The translations under genes and the position numbers were made by a program. The notes below the pieces were generated by a model. It saw nothing but the letters and a program-made list of their open reading frames with translations. It made no database searches and had not been told where the DNA came from. This document shows, piece after piece, positions 7,521 through 11,782 of a stretch of 11,782 nt of DNA (the stretch's first letter is position 1; every line of letters begins with the position of its first letter). This DNA is from Bdellovibrionota bacterium (GTDB taxonomy: Bacteria; Bdellovibrionota; UBA1018; UBA923): NCBI GenBank assembly GCA_040754655.1, contig JBFMCE010000106.1, positions 1 to 11,782 on the forward strand, given 5' to 3'.

Positions 7521-9284
7521 ATGCCTTGCGACAAAAGGATCCCAGGAAATCACGTGCCCTGCTCGTTGCTTGCAATCATCACGATTTTTTTAAGCACGAT
7601 AGTTCATGCGCAAACCGGCGTGTCGCAAACGCCGGCGGATCTTATTTTAAAAAACGGGAAAATCTATACCGATCGCCTTGAAGGACGAACCTGGTCGCAG
7701 GCCCTTTCAGTGCGTGGAAGCAACATCCAAACCATTGGCAGCAATCAGGCGATCGAGACTGAAAAGGGTCCGTTGACCAAAGTCATCGACTTGAAGGGCC
7801 GCGTGGTTCTACCAGGGTTCAATGATGCTCACCTGCATTTTTTCAGCGGCGGACTTGGTTTTTCCCGCGTTGACCTTGTCGGGATCACGAACATCCCGCA
7901 ACTTCAAGACCGCCTGAAAATTTACGCCGCCGCCAATCCCAGCAAACCCTGGGTGTTTGGCCAGGGATGGGATCACACCGCTCTCAAGGAAAAACGACAC
8001 CCAAATAAAATTGATTTAGACGCGATCCTCACCGATCGACCCGTGATGCTCAACCACCTCGACGGGCATCTTGTCGTCGTGAACTCGAAAGCTTTAGAGC
8101 TCTTGGGGATCGAAAAAGAAACTCCTGATCCCGAAGGCGGTCGCATCGAGAAGAACGAATTGGGAGAACCCACGGGGATCCTCATCGAGGCGGCGGCTTG
8201 GAACGCGATGGCCAAGGTTGATAAGCCCTCGGTAGACGAGCTGCGCACGGCCTTTAAAATGGCTCAGGAAGAGGCGCACAAATTCGGGCTCACCAGCATC
8301 CAAGGCGGTCCTTGGCTTGGTGAACACGAGCTTAAGGTGCTCGAAGAGATGCATAAAGCGGATCAACTGCGCATCCGCTATTCCATCTGGGGCGAGCTCG
8401 AGAGACCCAATGAGTACCTAGAACTTCGAAAGAAATACAGGCAACTGCCTGAGGAATGGGTCAGGCTCGACACCTTGAAAGGCTTCGTGGACGGCGTCTT
8501 GAGCATGAGAACCGCGGCACTCACCGAACCTTATGCAGATGACAAGAAAACCAAAGGAGAGCCTCTCTACCCTCAAGACAAGCTCAATGAACTTGTGCTT
8601 ACGGCCAATCGCCTCGGGCTCACCGTGGCTTTGCACGCGGTTGGTGATCGTGCCGTCTCAATGTCTTTTGCCGCGCTTGCAAAGGCAAAAAGGCAGCTGT
8701 TCAATTCGCGCGTCAGGAATCGAATTGAACACATGGAAGTGATTCCAAAGTATCTTTTTCCAAAATTCACGGAATTCAACATCATCGCGAGCGTGCAGCC
8801 CAGCCATTTGATCTATGAAAATGAGTCGAAGAACTACAATGACGCAAGACTTGGCCCTAAACGCGTCAAGGATGCCTTTGCATGGAAGAGCCTTATTCGC
8901 GAAAAAGCCCATCTTGCATTCGGCACCGACTGGCCTGTGATGCCGCTGAACCCCTTCTTGGGAATTTATGGAGCTGTTCACCGGCAACATTATAACGGCA
9001 AACCCCGCGGCGGCTGGCAACCTGCCCAGCGCATCATACTAGAACAGGCGATTGAAGCCTATACCCTTGGGCCCGCATACGCCACGCGGGAGGAGCATGT
9101 GAAAGGTTCTATCCGCGAAGGCAAATACGCTGATCTCGTGATTCTTGAAAAAGATCCTTTTCAAGCGAAAGGAAAAGACCTGCTCAAAGTTTCGGTTTCC
9201 ACGACGATTGTCGCTGGCAAGATCGTTTATGATACGTCAGTGCCGATGATTGGACCGGCTCCGTCAGCTTCTCCAAAGCCTTAA
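7521..9284 (+). CDS. Metal-dependent amidohydrolase, YtcJ-like (amidohydrolase 3 family), with predicted signal peptide (~587 aa)
   Basis: Motifs ADLILKNGKIYT, IDLKGRVVLPGFNDAHLH, LKGFVDG, HAVGD, RIEH, FGTDWPV and GSIREGKYADLVIL. Signal-like SLLAIITIFLSTIVHA|Q. Start is uncertain: ATG 7521 with GAGG, or GTG 7554 with AGGA. Confidence 0.93.
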   Translation: MPCDKRIPGNHVPCSLLAIITIFLSTIVHAQTGVSQTPADLILKNGKIYTDRLEGRTWSQALSVRGSNIQTIGSNQAIETEKGPLTKVIDLKGRVVLPGFNDAHLHFFSGGLGFSRVDLVGITNIPQLQDRLKIYAAANPSKPWVFGQGWDHTALKEKRHPNKIDLDAILTDRPVMLNHLDGHLVVVNSKALELLGIEKETPDPEGGRIEKNELGEPTGILIEAAAWNAMAKVDKPSVDELRTAFKMAQEEAHKFGLTSIQGGPWLGEHELKVLEEMHKADQLRIRYSIWGELERPNEYLELRKKYRQLPEEWVRLDTLKGFVDGVLSMRTAALTEPYADDKKTKGEPLYPQDKLNELVLTANRLGLTVALHAVGDRAVSMSFAALAKAKRQLFNSRVRNRIEHMEVIPKYLFPKFTEFNIIASVQPSHLIYENESKNYNDARLGPKRVKDAFAWKSLIREKAHLAFGTDWPVMPLNPFLGIYGAVHRQHYNGKPRGGWQPAQRIILEQAIEAYTLGPAYATREEHVKGSIREGKYADLVILEKDPFQAKGKDLLKVSVSTTIVAGKIVYDTSVPMIGPAPSASPKP

Positions 9285-9289
9285 GGCTT
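9276..9289. repeat. 14-bp perfect palindrome at the amidohydrolase stop, between convergent genes
   Basis: AAGCCTTAAGGCTT contains the TAA stop. It could form a short hairpin on either strand, but no strong U tract follows. Confidence 0.4.
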
Positions 9290-9314
9290 CAGTTGAAAAG
9301 CATGCACGCAGAGA

Positions 9315-10424
9315 TCAAAATCCTTCGATTCGCAAACCCGGCGCCCCGGATTCGCTTCCTGCAGATGCCGCCATAACGTCAACTTCATGAGAAACTGCTC
9401 GCGCAAGATCACCGAAAGCCTTTGCCTGCACACTCTTAGGATCGCGCACTACGATCGGAGTGCCTGCATCGCCGCCTTCCCTTACTGCAGTAGCCAAAGG
9501 AAGCTGCCCAAGCAGACGCGTACGATACTTATCAGCGAGAAGAGTTCCTCCACCGCCTCCAAAGATTTCGTGTTTCTTATCGCATTGGTCGCACACAAAG
9601 TAACTCATGTTCTCAACGATTCCCAAGATAGGAACGCTGACTTTTTCAAACATCAGAATAGCTTTTCTCACATCTTGAAGAGAAACCTCTTGCGGCGTCG
9701 TCACGACGACAGCTCCCGTCACAGGAACAAGCTGAGTGAGCGAAAGCTGCACATCGCCTGTGCCTGGCGGCATATCGATCACGAGATAATCAAGGTTTCC
9801 CCAATCTACTTTGAGAAGAAATTGACTGACCACACTGTGCAACATAGGGCCGCGCCACACGAGAGGTTGATCGCCGCGAGTGAGAAGCCCCATCGACATG
9901 ACCTTCACGCCGTAAGATTCAAGCGGGATAAGCACCTCACCGCGCGTCTCATCCATGCGAGCTTGAGGCATTTGATTGGAAAGCCCCATCATCGTGGGAA
10001 TGTTTGGACCGTACACATCGCTGTCTAAGAGGCCTACTTCGTGGCCTTGGCTTGCAAGTGCGACCGCGAGGTTGGTTGCGACCGTCGACTTGCCCACGCC
10101 GCCTTTGCCGCTGCTTACTGCGATGATGTGTTTCACGCCGGGAACTCCGCGTTTATCGGGGGCGACCCTTCCTTTGGGAACTTCAGAGTCGCTGCGAATA
10201 TCAACGCCCGTCGCGCCCGCAACGCGAGTGAGCGCTTGGCGGATCTGGTCTTCGAGTTGTTGCTTCACTTTGCCCACCGGGCTAGTGACGACAAGACGCA
10301 AAGCCACTCGGTCGCCGTCGATCTTGAGGTCACGAATCATGCCCAAAGCCATGACGTCTTTCTGCTGATCCATACCTTTTACGGTGCGCAAAGCGGCAAT
10401 TACCGAGTCTAAAGTTACTGACAT
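9315..10424 (-). CDS. mrp: Mrp/ApbC (NBP35 family) Fe-S cluster carrier ATPase with N-terminal DUF59-like domain (369 aa)
   Basis: IAVSSGKGGVGKSTV (deviant Walker A), DSDVYGPNIP, WRGPM, DYLVIDMPPGTGD and ENMSYFVCDQC (CxxC). AGGAG SD at 10439-10435. Confidence 0.97.
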   Translation of the reverse strand: MSVTLDSVIAALRTVKGMDQQKDVMALGMIRDLKIDGDRVALRLVVTSPVGKVKQQLEDQIRQALTRVAGATGVDIRSDSEVPKGRVAPDKRGVPGVKHIIAVSSGKGGVGKSTVATNLAVALASQGHEVGLLDSDVYGPNIPTMMGLSNQMPQARMDETRGEVLIPLESYGVKVMSMGLLTRGDQPLVWRGPMLHSVVSQFLLKVDWGNLDYLVIDMPPGTGDVQLSLTQLVPVTGAVVVTTPQEVSLQDVRKAILMFEKVSVPILGIVENMSYFVCDQCDKKHEIFGGGGGTLLADKYRTRLLGQLPLATAVREGGDAGTPIVVRDPKSVQAKAFGDLARAVSHEVDVMAASAGSESGAPGLRIEGF

Positions 10425-10505
10425 TTTGAGATTTCTCCTGTGTTTAAGGACCTTCTTTATACGCTGAAACGAGGAAAAGTGTAAGGGGCTGTTTAACTTG
10501 AACTC

Positions 10506-11186
10506 TCACCTTTTTATGCACCAAAGCTCCGCGTGATCCCACCATGGGTTCCGGTGAAGGGATTGTTTGATTGCATCAAATCCAGTCGCTCCAACTTCCT
10601 CGACGAGGCGCCCATAAGTAGGCATCGATCGGTACAAAACACTGCCTCTTTTTTGAACACGCAATTCCGGGTCGAAAATCACATCAACTGGTAACTCGCG
10701 CGGATCATTGACCATGTGACTGACGAGCAGGAAGCCATCGCGCCGCAAAACCCTCTGAACCTCATTCAACGCATTGGCTCGATCAGTCCCTGTCAGGCAA
10801 TGCAGGCAATTTGCATCTAGAACGGCATCAAAAGAGGCATCAGCAAAAGGAAGCGGCTTAGCAATATTTCCGTGAACGACTTTTGAGGCTAGCTGCTTCA
10901 ATAAAAGCTTTTCTTGTGCCCATTCCACTGCAGTCGAAGAGATCTCAATCCCTGTAACTTGATACCCTTTTTCAGCAAGCGCAATAAGGCCGTCACCCGC
11001 GCCACTGCCTAGCTCTAATATCTTAGATCCCTTTTTGGGGAAGCTCTCAGCTCGCATAAAAGAATCTAAGGTCATTTCCCAATCTCTCATTCGCCGTTCA
11101 AAATTTGCACCTCCCCAGCCATGAAAACCATCTTTTCGAAGAGAGCGGTATTGAGCATCGAATTGGTCGTAGTTCGGTTGAAGCAT
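10506..11186 (-). CDS. Class I SAM-dependent methyltransferase (226 aa)
   Basis: KILELGSGAG (motif I), VTGIEIS (motif II), LPFADASFDAVLD..CLH, and LNEVQRVLRRDGFLL. Substrate unknown. Confidence 0.92.
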   Translation of the reverse strand: MLQPNYDQFDAQYRSLRKDGFHGWGGANFERRMRDWEMTLDSFMRAESFPKKGSKILELGSGAGDGLIALAEKGYQVTGIEISSTAVEWAQEKLLLKQLASKVVHGNIAKPLPFADASFDAVLDANCLHCLTGTDRANALNEVQRVLRRDGFLLVSHMVNDPRELPVDVIFDPELRVQKRGSVLYRSMPTYGRLVEEVGATGFDAIKQSLHRNPWWDHAELWCIKR

Positions 11187-11373
11187 AAATATTTTATACT
11201 TGGTATGATGAGCGGTTTGTAAACCTTTATCTCAATGCTCAAATTATCTTACCATGCCAAAGAATAAATGAACCAAGCCCCGACCCTCGCTCCAAGCCTA
11301 TAACTTTTGATAATTGTCGGACCCAAATGTAGGCAGAGCACCACTGAGTAAAGTCAGGTACCGGGCGGTTCCA

Positions 11374-11547
11374 ATGACAATCGCTCTTATCTTTTTATTC
11401 CGCCTCTTTCTTAGCGAACCTGGCTTCGCTTCTGAGCAAAACCAAATAGACTCTATTCATTGCGGCACCCCCGAAGAACACATTGGAGACGATTATTGTG
11501 GAGTACAACTCACACGTAGACCAAACGGCGCATACGACTTTCCGTAA
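11374..11547 (+). CDS. Possible small secreted protein (57 aa) or remnant of a longer gene
   Basis: MTIALIFLFRLFLSEPGFA|SEQNQIDSIHCGTPEEHIGDDYCGVQLTRRPNGAYDFP: hydrophobic N-terminus, GFA cleavage-like site and two Cys. No clear SD. Confidence 0.3.
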   Translation: MTIALIFLFRLFLSEPGFASEQNQIDSIHCGTPEEHIGDDYCGVQLTRRPNGAYDFP

Positions 11548-11568
11548 CGTTCAGAATGATTGTTTTCA

Positions 11569-11629
11569 GTGTACCCGGAATACGCACATTTCGCAGATAA
11601 CAGGGTATAGCGAGCGCACTGGAATACTC
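11569..11629. repeat. Two related imperfect palindromes (REP-like), direct orientation
   Basis: GTGTACCCGGAATAC (11569-11583) and GAGCGCACTGGAATACTC (11612-11629) share GGAATAC 44 bp apart, with consensus AGYGYACY(C)GGAATAC. Both lie just downstream of a RAYT-like ORF. Confidence 0.45.
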
Positions 11630-11632
11630 CTG

Positions 11633-11651
11633 CTTGCTCTTGCTCTTGCTC
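11633..11651. repeat. Hexamer tandem repeat (TTGCTC)x3
   Basis: CTTGCTCTTGCTCTTGCTC, 5 nt beyond the stop of the RAYT-like ORF. Confidence 0.75.
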
Positions 11652-11656
11652 ACCGC

Positions 11657-11782
11657 TCACAGCAGCAGTGGCACTTTTCTCAACACACCTCTTTCATCAA
11701 AGAGAATGAGATCGGTTTGCAGAAGATCGAGCACGCCTGATTTTACTGGGTTCTGAAAGATGTAGCGGATGGTGTTGGTAAG
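11657..11782 (-). mobile_element. C-terminal 41 aa of a probable REP-associated tyrosine transposase (RAYT / IS200-IS605 Y1 family), 5' part outside window
   Basis: Manual minus-strand translation gives LTNTIRYIFQNPVKSGVLDLLQTDLILFDERGVLRKVPLLL* (TGA 11659-11657). YIxxNPVKxG is the catalytic-Tyr helix signature of RAYT-type Y1 transposases. The HUH motif is not visible in the window. Confidence 0.7.

Noticed and set aside
9387..10412. Plus-strand ORFs opposite mrp (213, 130 and 123 aa)
   Set aside because: Antisense to a highly conserved gene. No independent evidence of coding.
10250..10424. Mrp N-terminal DUF59-like domain lacks the usual TxPxCP cysteine (has TSPVGK)
   Set aside because: This domain is known to be variable or degenerate in many Mrp proteins, and the essential C-terminal CxxC is intact.
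10456..10484. TTACAC-N17-TATAAA on the minus strand as an mrp promoter
   Set aside because: Spacing is plausible, but both hexamers are imperfect and the -10 lacks the final T. Not supportable without TSS data.
10506..11310. Somewhat lower GC in the methyltransferase and upstream gap as evidence of horizontal acquisition
   Set aside because: Hand counts of a few lines suggest only a modest drop, within the variation seen elsewhere in the window. A proper composition analysis is needed.
11275..11372. Short imperfect palindromes (CCCCGACCC, GTCGGACCC, GGTACCGGGCGGTTCC) as further REP copies
   Set aside because: Too short and dissimilar from the GGAATAC pair to distinguish from chance without genome-wide counts.
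11483..11740. 85-aa plus-strand ORF as a gene, or as a frameshifted continuation of the small secreted ORF
   Set aside because: It runs through the REP-like and hexamer repeats (its LALALA comes from the microsatellite) and is antisense to the better-supported RAYT-like C-terminus. No slippery site seen.

Overview
Bacterial chromosomal region. The HD-GYP N-terminal domain, ferredoxin type and sdhCA type suggest Bdellovibrionota/Oligoflexia; this is inference from protein style. On the minus strand, in transcription order: a calcineurin-like metallophosphoesterase, then a tightly overlapping cassette of cheW-like, Hpt(degenerate)-Hpt-CheW protein with no kinase domain, and degenerate HD-GYP protein, then sdhC and sdhA. 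sdhA runs off the left edge and is absent from the ORF track. Divergently, across a tiny palindromic A/T-rich gap, the plus strand carries an orphan ABC-type solute-binding protein, a single-cluster ferredoxin and a signal-peptide-bearing YtcJ-like amidohydrolase. These converge on mrp/apbC and a class I SAM methyltransferase. At the right edge is the C-terminus of a probable REP-associated tyrosine transposase (RAYT/Y1; not in the ORF track), followed by a hexamer tandem repeat and two REP-like imperfect palindromes. The best candidate for an undescribed system is the kinase-less, receptor-less chemosensory-like cassette coupled to a likely non-canonical HD-GYP protein.
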